DNA of 64,000 nucleotides from Basidiobolus meristosporus CBS 931.73 (lineage: Eukaryota > Fungi > Basidiobolomycota). Position 1 is the first letter of the stretch, and every line of letters starts with the position of its first letter. Where the stretch lies: contig MCFE01000029.1 in assembly GCA_002104905.1 (NCBI GenBank), forward strand, positions 1 to 64,000. Reading direction: 5' to 3'. Below the pieces are notes generated by a model. That model searched no databases and was not told where the DNA came from. It saw only the letters and a list, made by a program, of their open reading frames with translations. This document shows, one piece after another, positions 26,189-38,997 of this stretch. A program made the translations under genes and the position numbers.

Positions 26189-26986
26189 GGTGGGTGCGCG
26201 TGTTTGCGGTGGTTTAAATACATGGCGGATCTTACAACCACCCATGATTTTACCAGATCATATTTATCCTTGATATCAAATTGCCCTCCCCCTTGCCGGA
26301 GGTTGTTCCATCCAACAACCGCCTCGTGGGTGCTGGCAATGTTGTGCCATCGGACTTCTGAGCTCCCCCATGGATTCTGCATTGTGCGTGGAAATGTGCG
26401 GCCCAAATCTGGTCAAAAATTTCTCATGATGAAATTGGGGGGGGGATGGTGGTGGTGGTGGTGTTGGTGTTGGTATCCAGCTTCTACATGAGTTTCTTCA
26501 TGAGATCAGCATTCATCCCTATTTCTCCGATGTGCCAATAGTAGAAACCAGTTTGGAAGGCTGCCAGAACCAACATTGATCCAATTGTCACAAGGACCTT
26601 GTGGCATCCATGTGGGAACACCTAAGAGGGCCTGTGTAAAGTACATCAGGTGCCAAATGCTCCTTCCAATACATCAGATATCCCAGGGGTATCCAGAAGT
26701 TTGCTTCTCTCTAAACCCCCAATATTCTGATTGCCAGCTAGAAAGCTGCTGGCAGACTTTGGATCCCATACTGGCACTCCTGGCCATTTCATAGTTTGCC
26801 AAAGCTCTCCCAACAGGTTACAAGCCTATGGATACCATTACTTACAGTGTCTGAAACTGATGCTGTTGGAATTCTGCCCTCTGCTGATAAGCTATATGGA
26901 CTCTGGTGCTAAGACAAGTGGATTCAGTTTTTCAGAAAGCTTCAAAGTGCCAGATCAAAGTCAAATTAATCTTGACTCCAACAACC

Positions 26987-27246
26987 CCTATGAAAAATAG
27001 TATGGTCCCACAGGTGGATCCAATCCAGATCAATCACCAGGATCCCCCAATGAGGCCATGATAATGCCAGCAGTTTGGAACTCTTCACCCTCTTCACAAT
27101 GTTGTGGTGGGATTTTGGTTGTATTTTGCTGTCTTGACTGCCAAATGCAGTAATAAACTTGATGGTGCTCTGATAGCCTTATTGTAAGGTTTATATGGTA
27201 TCAAAGCAGTCCCAGTATGGCTTACATTTTTTTGACAGGACCTGAC
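26987..27246 (-). mobile_element. Terminal fragment of a CACTA-like element, cut by the Copia insertion at 27247
   Basis: Starts with CCTATGAAAAATAG..GGTGGATCCAATCC, the same terminal motif seen at 41018 and 53568. Confidence 0.55.
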
Positions 27247-30200
27247 TGTTGTAAAAATATGTAATTCCACCTAAATATTCACCTAACTTGGTCACATGGA
27301 TCATTAACTGCAAATCTTAGAGAATACTGACCAAATCCCTTGTCAGGACTTAGAATACTTTCACCAAAATATCAGATACCCAGAACATGAAGATTTGCAA
27401 GATTGTTCAAACAGCCCCAAACTTTGCGCACATTCTCTTGAGACCTTTCTTAAGCTATCCTATGTGCTTGCTATGCCAAGATCATGTATAAGTATAAATT
27501 CTACTTTTACATTCAATAAATCATTAAGTGAAAACCGCATAATCTACTTTTCCTCCCAATCACTTCCAATATCTCCAAGACTCTTACAACAGGTTATGAG
27601 CCACAAGCTGTCACTCTCTGCAATGTCTACTACTGCTATTACTGGAACTTTTCCCTCTGCTGAAAAGTTGGATGGATCTGACTACCAGGTGTGGAAGATG
27701 AAAATGTAGATGCTGCTACAAGAAAGAGGCCTTTAGGATATTGTCATGGGAGAAGAATGCCCTCCTAAAAATGTGGGAGAGGAAGCCTTGAAGTACCAGA
27801 AGAAAGAACAAAGTGCCTTTAACTGCATTTGCCTTAATGTTAAAGACAAATTGCTAATTCAATGCTCAAGAGCAAAAATGGCAAAGAATGCCTGGAAGGC
27901 ATTAGAAGACACCTACCAGTCATGTTCAGCTGCTAAGAAAATGTATCTGAGACAAAAATTCTCTACTACAAAGGTGCTGCCAGGAGAAGAAATGAAAAAT
28001 CTAATTAACAGAATTACCCTGCTGGTAGATGAGATGGAATCTGTGGGCGTACCAACTACTGATGAGGATGTGATAGTTACCTTCCAGAATAGCCTGTCAG
28101 ACAAGTTTCAGGGCCTTGTATCAGCCCTTGGGTCCAGAACTGAAGACTTGACCTTAAATTAGGTATATGGAAGGCTCCTGGATGAAGAATTAAGAAAATC
28201 AAGCACCAATAAGAAGGAAGAAGAAAATGCTTTAATATGCAATGATAACCAACAAAGGAGGTACCCAAGACCCTACAAAGGCAACAGCAACCTATTTTGC
28301 AACTACTGCAAAAGGAAAGGACACACATCAGACCGGTGACTCAAAAAGAGTGATAATCAGCAAAAGAAGCCTGAATATGGAAATGCTGCAACAACTGAAG
28401 ATAGACTATTGATATCTGCACTGAATATGACCACTAACAAGGATTCTCAGACGTGGTATATTGACTCTGGAGCTTCTCAACACTTTACACACCAAAAAGA
28501 ACTTTTTACTCAATATCAAGAAATTCCAATTAAGAAGGTTTTCATGGGTGACAATAGAACACTTGATGCGGTGGGAGAAGGAACTATCCAAGTAAACCTT
28601 AGAAGCAGTGAAGGAAGCCATACACTGACCTTTAAAGAAGTACTCTATGTACCAGAAATAGCCAAAAACCTACTCTCTGTAAGCAAGGCCATAGCAGAAG
28701 GACTCAGTTTCAGTTTTGACAATTCTGGATGCAGGATCACTGATCAAAATGGTGCCCATATTGCTTTGGGCATCAGAGATCAGAATCTATACAAGTTGAC
28801 TTATATTCCATCATATCTGGAAGCCAATATAGGTAACTTAAATGAAGAAACACCAATGCTTTGGCACAGGAGATTTTGACACATCAATTTTGATTATTTG
28901 CGTAAAATGATCAAAGATCAGCTAATTTCTGGAGTGAAAATTGATCCCCCAGCTAATTTGGAGCACTGTGAAGCCTGCATATATGGGAAACAAGCCAGAC
29001 AACTGCCCAAGAGCTCTGGGTTAATCAAAACCAAGAAAAAATTAGATCTAATTACTCAGATCTGTGTGGACCTATGCAAGATTTATCCTTAGGCAGGATG
29101 AAGTATTTAATCACTTTTATTGATGATTATACAAGATACACATGGGTCTACTTCATGGAGAGAATGGAAGAAGTTCTGTCTAAGTTCAAGGAGCTTAAAG
29201 CCATGGTGGAGAGAGAAACTGGTGAAAAAATCAAGAAAATACGCTCTGACAATGGTGGAGAATATACCTCAAAACTCTTTGTCCACTTCTGCAAAATTCA
29301 TGGGATAAAGCAAGAGACTACTGCACCATACTCCCCACAGCAAAATGGAGTAGCAGAACATGCTAACAGATCAATAATTGATATGGCAAGATCTATGATC
29401 CATGATCAAAAATTATCCTGTAATTCTTGGGCAGAATCAGTTGCCACTGCTGTATACCTTAAGAATAGGAGTTATAACAGAATACTTTGTGATTCTACTC
29501 CATTTGAAGCATGGTATGGATACAGACCAAGTGCAGAACATCTAAGAATATTTGGGTGTAAAGCATATGCCAAAAAACGGGCCAGAAATCAGTCAAAATT
29601 TGAGCCAAAAAGTGCAAAATGCATATTTTTAGGCTACTGCAATGAGAGTAAGGCATACAGACTCTACAATACCAAAGCAAAGAAGCTGATCAAGTCCAGG
29701 GATGTGTTGTTTGATGAAAATTCCAAATTTTCACAAAAAATGACATCAAATGATGACAAAAATTTGATCTCAAGTCCACCAATTGTCAGGATTGAATCAG
29801 AGCAAAACAATGAAAATTTTTCACTCTAGAGGACTCTACAAACATGGTTCAGCCAGAATCAGTGCCCAGGAATATCCCAGAAGTGATCATTGTAGTATCA
29901 AATGCCCGGAGATCCAATCAGACAAGAAATAGCCCAAACTACTATATCAATGAGGGTACAAACTTAGCCTATGCCTATTCAGTCCATATTGATGAACCCC
30001 AGACTGTAAAAGAGGCCCTAAATAGCCCTCAGACAAAGTTTTGGAGATCTGCAATGACTGAGGAATATCAGGCCCTGATGGAAAATCAAACTTGGGACTT
30101 AGCCAAATTACCGGTCAACCAAAAATCAATTGAATGCAGATGGGTCTTCAAGACAAAATACAAGGCCAATGGTAAAGTTGAAAGATATAAAGCAAGACTT

Positions 30201-31924
30201 GTAGCCAAAGGATACTCTCAAACAAAAGGACTTGACTATACTGAGACCTTTGCACCGATAGCCAAGTTTAATTCCATCAGATTAACATTGGCTATTGCAG
30301 CCAAGTATAAGTTTTTTATTCTTGAAATGGATGTAAAAACTGCATTTTTGAATGGAGAACTTGATGAGGACATGTATATGGACCAGCCTGATGGGTTTGT
30401 TGACCAACATATCCCCCATTTGGTCTGAAAGCTTAAAAAGTCACTATATGGTCTCAAACAATCACCAAGAGCCTGGAATTGCAAGATAGATTCTTATTTG
30501 GAATCTATGTGTTTCAAAAGGAGTAATGCTGACTATAGTATATACTATAAGCCAGATAGAGCAAGTCCAGTTCTATTAGCTCTATATGTGGATGATCTTA
30601 TTATAGCCGCCAATAACCTAGAAACATTGGAAGAGACTAAATCCAGCCTATCTAAGGAGTTCAAGATGCCCAATCTAGGAGAACTTAAATACTACTTAGG
30701 GATTAAGTTCTCCATAGACAGAAGTACCCAGAATATCACCCTAAGCCAATCCAAATATATTCAAGATATACTCAAGAAGTACAAAATGGAAGACTGTAAA
30801 TTGGAAGCTACCCCAATGGAGACAAACCATAACTTAGTCAAAACTCAACCAAATCAAGTGAGCTTGGTGCCATCCAAAAGCCCTGACTTTCCTTATCAAT
30901 CTATGGTTGGCAGTCTGATATATATCATGCTTGGAACATGTCCAGATATCTCATATTCAGTGGAAGTTGTCAGCTAACATAATCTGAACTATGGATCTGA
31001 TCATATTGCAGCAGTTAAGCGGATTTGTAGATACCTAAAAGGAACTGCTGATATCTGCTTAAGATACACTTATAGGGATTCAGAACAGGATCTTGTGGGA
31101 TACTCTGATGCTGATTGGGGACAAAATTTGGAAGACAGAAGATCCACCACAGGATACACCTTTCTTTACTGTAAAGGAGCAATTTCATGGAATTCAAGAA
31201 AGCAACCAACTGTAGCACTTTCCACCACAGAGGCAGAGTATATGGCAGCCTGTGAAGCTACAAAAGTAGCAATGTGGTTAAGAAAACTTTTTACAGATTT
31301 AGGCCTATGTCAAAAATTGCCAATTACTTTATTTCAAGATAATCAAGGATATATACAATTAGGTAGAAATCCAAGTTTTCATGCTAGAACCAAACACATA
31401 GATATTAGACATCATTTCATACGTGAAGCTATAGAGAATAGCTTAGTTAGCTTAGTTTACTGTCCTACAGATGAAATGATTGCAGACATATTTACCAAAC
31501 CATTAGCTAGAGACAAGTTTGAATATCTTAGGTCAAAATTAGGACTAGTCAGTATGAACATTTAGCTGAGTGGGAGTGTTGTAAAAATTTGTAATTCCAC
31601 CTAAATATTCACTTAACATGGTCACATGGATCATCAACTGCAAATCTTAGAGAATACTGGCCAAATCCCTTGTCAGGACTTACTTAGAATACTTTCACCA
31701 AAATATCAGATACCCAGAACATGAAATTTGCAAGATTGTTCAAACAGCCCCAAACTTTGGGCACATTCTCTTGAGACCTTTCTTAAGCTATTCTGTGTGC
31801 TTGCTATGCCAAGATCATGCATAAGTATAAATACTACTTTTACATTCAGTAAATCATTGAGTGAAAACCACATAATCTACTAGTCCTCCCAATCACTTCC
31901 AATATCCCCAGGACTTTTACAACA
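27247..31924 (+). mobile_element. Full-length but pseudogenised Ty1/Copia LTR retrotransposon (LTRs 27247-27591 and 31577-31924)
   Basis: TG...CA LTRs, PBS GGTTATGAGCC at 27592 and PPT GAGTGGGAG before 31577. Domain order is gag, protease (WYIDSGASQH), integrase (RSDNGGEY, PQQNGVAE), RT (YKARLVAKG, LYVDDLII), RNase H (ADIFTKPL). Several in-frame stops and frameshifts are present. Confidence 0.95.
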
Positions 31925-33150
31925 GGCTATGTGCCCCAAGCTGTCACTCTATGCAATGTCTACTACTGCTATTACTGGAACTTTTCCCTGCTGAAAAATT
32001 GGATGGATCTAACTACCAAGGAAGGTGAAGATGAAGATGATGCTACAAGAAAGTGGCCTTTGGGATATTGTTATGGGAGAAGAATGCCCTCCTAAATATG
32101 TGGGACAGGAAGTCTTAAAATATCAGAAGAGAGAACAGAGTGCCTTTAACTGCATGTGCCTTTATGCTAAAGATAAATTGCTAACTCAATGCTCAAGAGC
32201 AAATATGGCAAAGAATGCATGGAAGGCATTAGAAGACACATACCAGTCATATTCAGCTGCTAAGAAACTGTATCTCAGACAGAAATTCTTTATTACAAGG
32301 ATGCTGCCAGGAGAAGAAATGAAAATCTAATTAACAGAATTCCTCTGCTGGTGGATGCAATGGAATCTGTGGGTGTACCAACTACTGATGTGGATTGGAT
32401 AGTTATTATCCTGAATAGCCTGACAGACAGGTTTCAGGGCTTTGTATCAGCCCTAGAGTCCAATACGGAAGATTTGACCCTAAATAATATATATGGAAGG
32501 CCCACAGATGATGAGTTAGAATAATCAAGTGTCAATTTGAAGGAAGTTGAGAATGCATTGATAAGCAACAAAACTAACAAAGGAGGTACCCAATGTTATT
32601 TAAAGGCAATAGCAACCTGTTTTGCAGCAACTGCAAAAGGAATGGACATATACCAGGACGGCATCTCAAAAAGAGAGTTAGTCAGCAGAAAATGCCTGAA
32701 TAAGGAAATGCTGCAGCAACCAATGGTCAACTATTGACATCTGCACTAAATATGACCAGAAACAAGAATTCTCAGACATGTTATATAGACTCTGGAGCAT
32801 CTCAACACTTTACACACCAAAAGGAACTTTTTACCCAATATCAAGAAATTCCAATTAAGAAGGTTTTCATGGGTGACAATTGAATACTTGATTCAGTAGG
32901 AGAAGGAACTATCTAAGTAAACTCTTACCTTCAGAGAGGTACTTTATGTACCAGAAATAGTCATAAACCTACTGTCTGTAAGCAAGGCCTCAGCAAAAGG
33001 ACTCAGGCTCAGCTTTGACAATTCTGAATGCATGATCACTGATTAAAATGGTTCCCATATTGCTTTGGGTAACAGAGATCAGAATCTAAACAAGTTGGTT
33101 TAGACTCTATCATATCTGGAGGCTAATCCAAGTAGTTTAAATGAACAAAC
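31925..33150 (+). mobile_element. Second Copia internal region (PBS, gag, protease) that uses the 31577-31924 LTR as its 5' LTR; truncated at 33150
   Basis: GGCTATGTGCCCCAAGCTGTCACTC directly follows the LTR, and the sequence parallels 27592-28850. Confidence 0.88.
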
Positions 33151-36100
33151 TGTTGTAAGAGTCTTGGAGATGTTGGAAGTGATTTGGAGAACAAATAGAT
33201 TATGTGGTATTCACTTAATGATTGATTGAATGTAATAGTAGTACTTATACTTTTACATGATCTTGGCATTACAAACACGTAGAATAGGTTAAGGAAGGTC
33301 CCAAGAACATGTGTGCAGTACAAACACATACAATAGGCTAAGAAAGGTCCCATCAACACATGTGGATAGTTTGGGGCTTTTTGAACAATTTTGAGAATTT
33401 TATGTTCTGGGTACCTGGTATTTTGGTGAAAATAATCTAAGTAAATCCCAAAAAAGGAATTTGTCAGTATTCCCTAGGGTTGAGAGGTAATGATCTGAGT
33501 GACTAAGCTTGGCAAATATTTAGGTGGATTACAAATTTTTACAACACTCCCACTCAGCTAAATGTTCATACTGACTAGTCCTGATTTTGACCTAAGATAT
33601 TCAAATATGTCTCTAGCTAATGGCTTGGTAAATATGTCTGCAATCATTTCTTCTGTAAGACAGTAAGCTAAGTTGACTAAGTTGTTCTCTGTAGCTGCAT
33701 ATACAAAATGATGTCTAGTACTTATGTGCTTAGTTCTAGAATGAAAAGTTGGATTTGTACCTAATTGTTCCCATCCTTGATTATTTTGAAATAAAGTAAT
33801 AGGTGCTATTTAACATAAGCCTAAATCTTTAAAAGCTTCCTTAACAGCAACACTTCTTTTGTAGCCTCACAGGCTGCCATATGCTCTGCCTCTGTGGTAG
33901 AAAGTGCTACAGTTGGTTGCTTTCTTGAATTCCATGAAATTGCTCCTTTACAGTAAAGAATGTTGTAATTATTGAATTGTCACCTAAATATTCATGCTAA
34001 CTTAGTCACATAGATCTTATTCTGTGATTAGCATTCTGTCCTGACTAGATTTCTTGTCGGGATTTACTTAGAATATTTTCACCAAATTGTCAGGTACCCA
34101 GATTATTATTTTTCTCAAAGTTATCCAAAAAACCCCAAACTTTGCACACATACTCTTGGGACCTTCCTTAACAAACTCTACACGTTTGTTTCCTCTACTT
34201 TATCAAAAGTATAAATACCATACTTTTGATCAATAAATCTACAAGTGAATAACATGTAAATCATCTAGTTCTCCACATCACTTCCAATACTCCTCAGAAT
34301 ATTGCAACAGGTTATGAGCCCCGAGCTTGCTGTCCTCTTGGTGTCTACTATGCTTTGGATCCTTTTCTGCTAGTCTGGAGAAAGACTTTCTGCACTATTG
34401 CTCCGCTAAGGTTAAAGAAGACTACCGCTGCTAAAGGACTATGTTTATGAGGATATTGCTGTGGAGAAGAAGGCCTTGCCTTCAAAAGATGCCTTCAGTA
34501 ACTATCCAAGTTAGTTATGAAGAAGAGTCAATCAAACTGGCATGTAATTGTGTGAAGAAATATAGTATGTTGGTGCTCTACCACTACTGAAGAAAATTGC
34601 GTAATTCCAGCAATTGAGGGTCCAGATCTACAATGAAATATACTGCAATATGTATTCATATGACCCCAATTGACTGTTAGACAAGCTCTTGGATAGGATA
34701 TTATCCTGAATTGCAAAAAAAAAATATAGATCATTATTAATGATTGCCGGAGGAGGATTTTACCAAAAATCTGTTGCCACTCAAAATACAGCTGAGAATG
34801 CAAATACTGGAGCTGTTAGCCGCCATTCTGGACTATCTACTGATGGAAAAAGATCTCAGAAACAAGCTTCCTGAATTGTAAGGATCCCAATGATATATAA
34901 TACATATATATCCACCTGGAGTACGGATATGTACTACACAATCCATTAGAAGAATGCTATAATTGTATCAAGTGTTTTGATACTGAAACCAGTGTACCAG
35001 GAGCTAAATATGGAGCTGTTAGACGTGCTATCACTTTGTTTAAGTCTCAAAACAGTGGGAGAAAGTATTATACAAATTTAGCAAAATCAACTCATGAAGA
35101 TTCTACCGCCAGCCAAAGGAGTGACGCATATAATTGCAAGCCTGATTAGAGTATACAACCAAGCAACAGTTGGTCAGTACACAGCTAAGAGCCACTCAGA
35201 AGATACCACAGTACTTTATACTTGTTATATATATATCACTTATTACAGTGGGAGAAAACACTTGGTGATATTTAACTTCTCTGGATCAGATCAGAAGAAT
35301 TTTGATTGATCAAGTCACCGCCAAGTTCTACAACTCAAGATACTGATATATTGGAGTCTGATACCGAAGTATTGATGAAGCTAGCTATCAAATGCAGTTT
35401 ATTTGATCAAATTTGGTCAACTCTATCAAAAGTTATGAATGATCTAAGTGGATGCCGATTTTGATTATTTCACTCTCAAATAGTCAGATATTCTGGAACA
35501 ATGATGTCATGGAGACTCTTGTGCTCAAAAACACCGTGGTCCCACCTGCAAGGAAGTCCAGAACCACCCCACAAAAGGAATTATCCCTGGGTCATCAGCA
35601 GAAAAAGAAAAGAAGAAAAAATGGAAAATACTACTACCGCAAACTAGGGTACTTCCCAAATGGTGCCAAAACCTATGTAGGCCATATTTGGACTATCTGG
35701 CAATGCAGATATGTTCTATGGAGCCTCTTGTACGAAGTTCTCAAGCTAGAAACCCCAGAAGAGCCTTGAAACTTCAACAGGATCTGTTAGATATTGTAGT
35801 ATATATTGGAACAGATTATTTAGTGCAGAAGTCTTGATGTCTGCTGTCTATGGAGCTGAAAGAAAAAGGTGCAAGGATCAACCAGATGGTTTTTTTATGG
35901 ATTCTGAAGACACTGAGAAGATCAGTTAGCCTTGGAAACCGAGCTCAAGGTTGAAAATAACTATCAGGAGAATAAGGATAATCAAAGCCCTTGTTAAGGA
36001 GAATCTCACTTCTGGAAAAGCGCCAATCTCTATTCTACAAGTATATTCTGATAAGACAAAAGCAGCTGTATCAATCCAAATCAGTAGAAGCACTCTAAGA

Positions 36101-38997
36101 ATAGCTACCAAACAACCCATGGTGTTGTCCAATACCAAACTGGGTAAATCAAGAAGCAAATGGACTTTGAATCTACCGCATATGAAGTAATCAGTCCAAA
36201 GAAAGTTATTGCTATTTAAAGAAGACAAAGATGACCATTCTAGATCATATTTGTGGATCTGAATCACTAAACAGACGTGGTTCAAGTGGGAGCAGGCCAT
36301 CCCAGCTCAGAGTTGAGCAAAAACCTTCTTTTTTTGGCCATGTTATATGTGCCACAGTGCCAGGAAACAAGGATAATCCGGATCAGGCGTAAATGACAAA
36401 ACCTTAACTTGACCCAAAGTAGGTCACTATTTTTTACCTCATATAGCATCTATATGATGGAAGTAACTGTCCCTGAGCCTAATATGGACACACAGTGAAG
36501 TTGTCTAAATGGATTAGACTGTTGGCCGGAAATAAGGAAACTCCAGATCTGCCGTAAATGACAAAACCTTAACTTGACCAAAAGTGGGTCAATTTTGCTC
36601 AAATAAGAAGCATTGGATAGCCCAGAGGCTATATACCATTATTACGATCTGTCAATTAGACTCAGCTTATTATTCAAGCCCATAGAACTGATCAAAGTTG
36701 ATGATTAGTATTAAGATCAGATCATTCAGATTTTTAGGCATATTACTAAGTAGATATGCATACTGAATTCCAAGTTACTTGTTCTATTAAGTTGAACACA
36801 AATGCATACACCTTTGGATAATATATTAGTCCAGTATGCAAAACAGTTAAATCTTATACGCTTATTACAGATTGCACACTCACAATATGTATTTATTACT
36901 CATGAATATTTTGTTGAGTGGGAGTGTTGTAATTATTGAATTGTCACCTAAATATTCATGCTAACTTAGTCACATAGATCTTATTCTGTGATTAGCATTC
37001 TGTCCTGACTAGATTTCTTGTCGGGATTTACTTAGAATATTTTCACCAAATTGTCAGGTACCCAGATTATTATTTTTCTCAAAGTTATCCAAAAAACCCC
37101 AAACTTTGCACACATACTCTTGGGACCTTCCTTAACAAACTCTACACGTTTGTTTCCTCTACTTTATCAAAAGTATAAATACCATACTTTTGATCAATAA
37201 ATCTACAAGTGAATAACATGTAAATCATCTAGTTCTCCACATCACTTCCAATACTCCTCAGAATATTGCAACAAAGAACAGTGTTTCCTGTGGTGGATCT
37301 TATGTCCCCAATCAGCATCATAGTATCCCACAAGATCATGTCCTGAAACCATATAAGTGTATCTTGAGCATATATCAGCAGTTCCTTTTAGGTATTGGAA
37401 AATCCATGTAACTGATGCAATTTGATCAGATTCATAGTTCTGATTATTCTGGCTGATAACTCCCACTAAATATGAGATATCTGAATGTGTTTCAAGCATA
37501 ATATACATCAGACTGCTAAACACAAATTGGTTAGGGAGCTCTTGACTTTTAATTGGCACCACACTTTCTTGCTTTGGTTGCATATTGATCAAGTTAAGGT
37601 TTATCTTCATTGCGGCATCTGCTGGTTTACAATCATCCATTTGGTACTGCTTGAGTACATCTTAAGTCTACTTGGACTGACTTGGTGTGATAGTATGGAT
37701 GCTTTAGTATATGGAGAATCTTATCCTTAGGTGGTAACTGATTTCTGACAGATCAGAAATTATAAACTCCATTGATAGGCTGGTTTTGGTCTGTTCCTTG
37801 GTATCTTGGTTGTTGGTGGTCATAATATGAACCTCCCCATTTAGAGCCAATAGAGCTGGATATGCCCTATCTGGCTTACAGTAGATACTGTAGTCAGCAG
37901 TACTCCTTTGGTAGCTCAATGCTTCCAAATATGAATATAACTTGCAATTCCAGGCACTTGATGATTGTTTGAGACCATAGAGAGATTCTTTAAGCTTGCA
38001 GACCAATTGGGGTTATCTGATCAACAAACCCATCAGGCTGGTTGATGAATATGTCCTCATTAGGTTCTTTATGCAAAAATGCAGTTCTTGCATCCATTTG
38101 GTTAAAGAAAAACATATATCTGGCTGCAATTGCCAACTATGATCTGATGTAATAAAACTTAGCTACTGGTGCAAAAGCCGCAGTAAAGTCAAGTCTATTT
38201 GCCTTAGGGTATCCTTTGGCCACATGTCTTGCTTTATATTTAGTAATTGAACCATTGACCTTGTATTCAGTATTGAGGACCCTTCTGCATTCACTGGATA
38301 TTTAGTTGATTGCTACTTTTACCAAGTCCCCGGTTTGATTTTCCATCAAGGCTTGATATTAGGCACTCATTGCAGATCTCTAAAGCATTGTCTGAAGGTT
38401 ATTTGGGGCTTCTTTAGCAGTCCAAGGCTCATCTACATGGACTGAATAGGCATAGGACAAGTTTGTACCCTGATTACTAAAGTAATTTGGGCTATTTTTG
38501 GTCCAGTTAGATCTCCTGATTGTAATACAGGTATGATCATTTCTAGGATATTTGTAGACACTAATTCAAGCCAAAACATGGATGTAGAGTCCTCTGAAGT
38601 GAAAAAATTCATATTGTTTTACTCTTATTTGATGCTGAGCATTGGTGGACTTGAGATCAGATGTTTGTCATCATCTGATGTCATTTTTTGTGAAAATTTT
38701 GAGTTTTCATTGAGCAACACATCCCTGGACTTGATCAGCTTCTCTACTTTGGTATTGCAGAGTCTGTATGCCTTACTCTCATTGCAGTAGCCCATAAATA
38801 GGCATTTACATTTTTTTGCTCAAATTTTGACTGATGACCAGGCAGTTTCTTGACACATGCTGCACACCCAAATACTCTCAGATGTTCTGCCCTTTGTCTA
38901 TGTCCATATCATGTTCCAAATGGAGTAGAATCACAAAGTTGTCTGCTATAACTCCTATTTTTAAGGTGTACAGCTCCAGCACTGAATATGCCTAAAG
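33151..38997 (-). mobile_element. Inverted decayed Copia (3' LTR 33151-33546, RNase H, RT, part of integrase), interrupted by the 33961-37273 element
   Basis: Reverse-complement LTR, then PPT (CTCCCACTC at 33547), RNase H and RT remnants (LKESLYGLKQS). The sequence resumes in register after 37278. Confidence 0.88.
33961..37273 (+). mobile_element. Non-autonomous LTR retroelement (LARD/TRIM-like) with identical 349-bp LTRs and a 5-bp TSD AAGAA
   Basis: LTRs 33961-34309 and 36925-37273 showed no difference on manual comparison. AAGAA flanks both sides (33956-33960 and 37274-37278). PBS GGTTATGAGCCC and PPT GAGTGGGAG are present. No pol ORF in the 2.6-kb interior. Confidence 0.9.

Noticed and set aside
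26437-26473. Telomeric repeat or CRISPR-like array
   Set aside because: A short irregular (GGT)n run only. No telomere array, spacer-repeat array, rRNA or tRNA gene was seen anywhere in the window.
24150-26491. Long overlapping ORFs (193, 181, 236 and 148 aa) in the GC-rich stretch
   Set aside because: Explained by high GC, low-complexity sequence and overlap with the spliced secreted-protein gene.
26480-26986. Possible DIRS or other retroelement RNase H remnant
   Set aside because: CpG-poor like the repeats, but the motif similarity is too weak to call.
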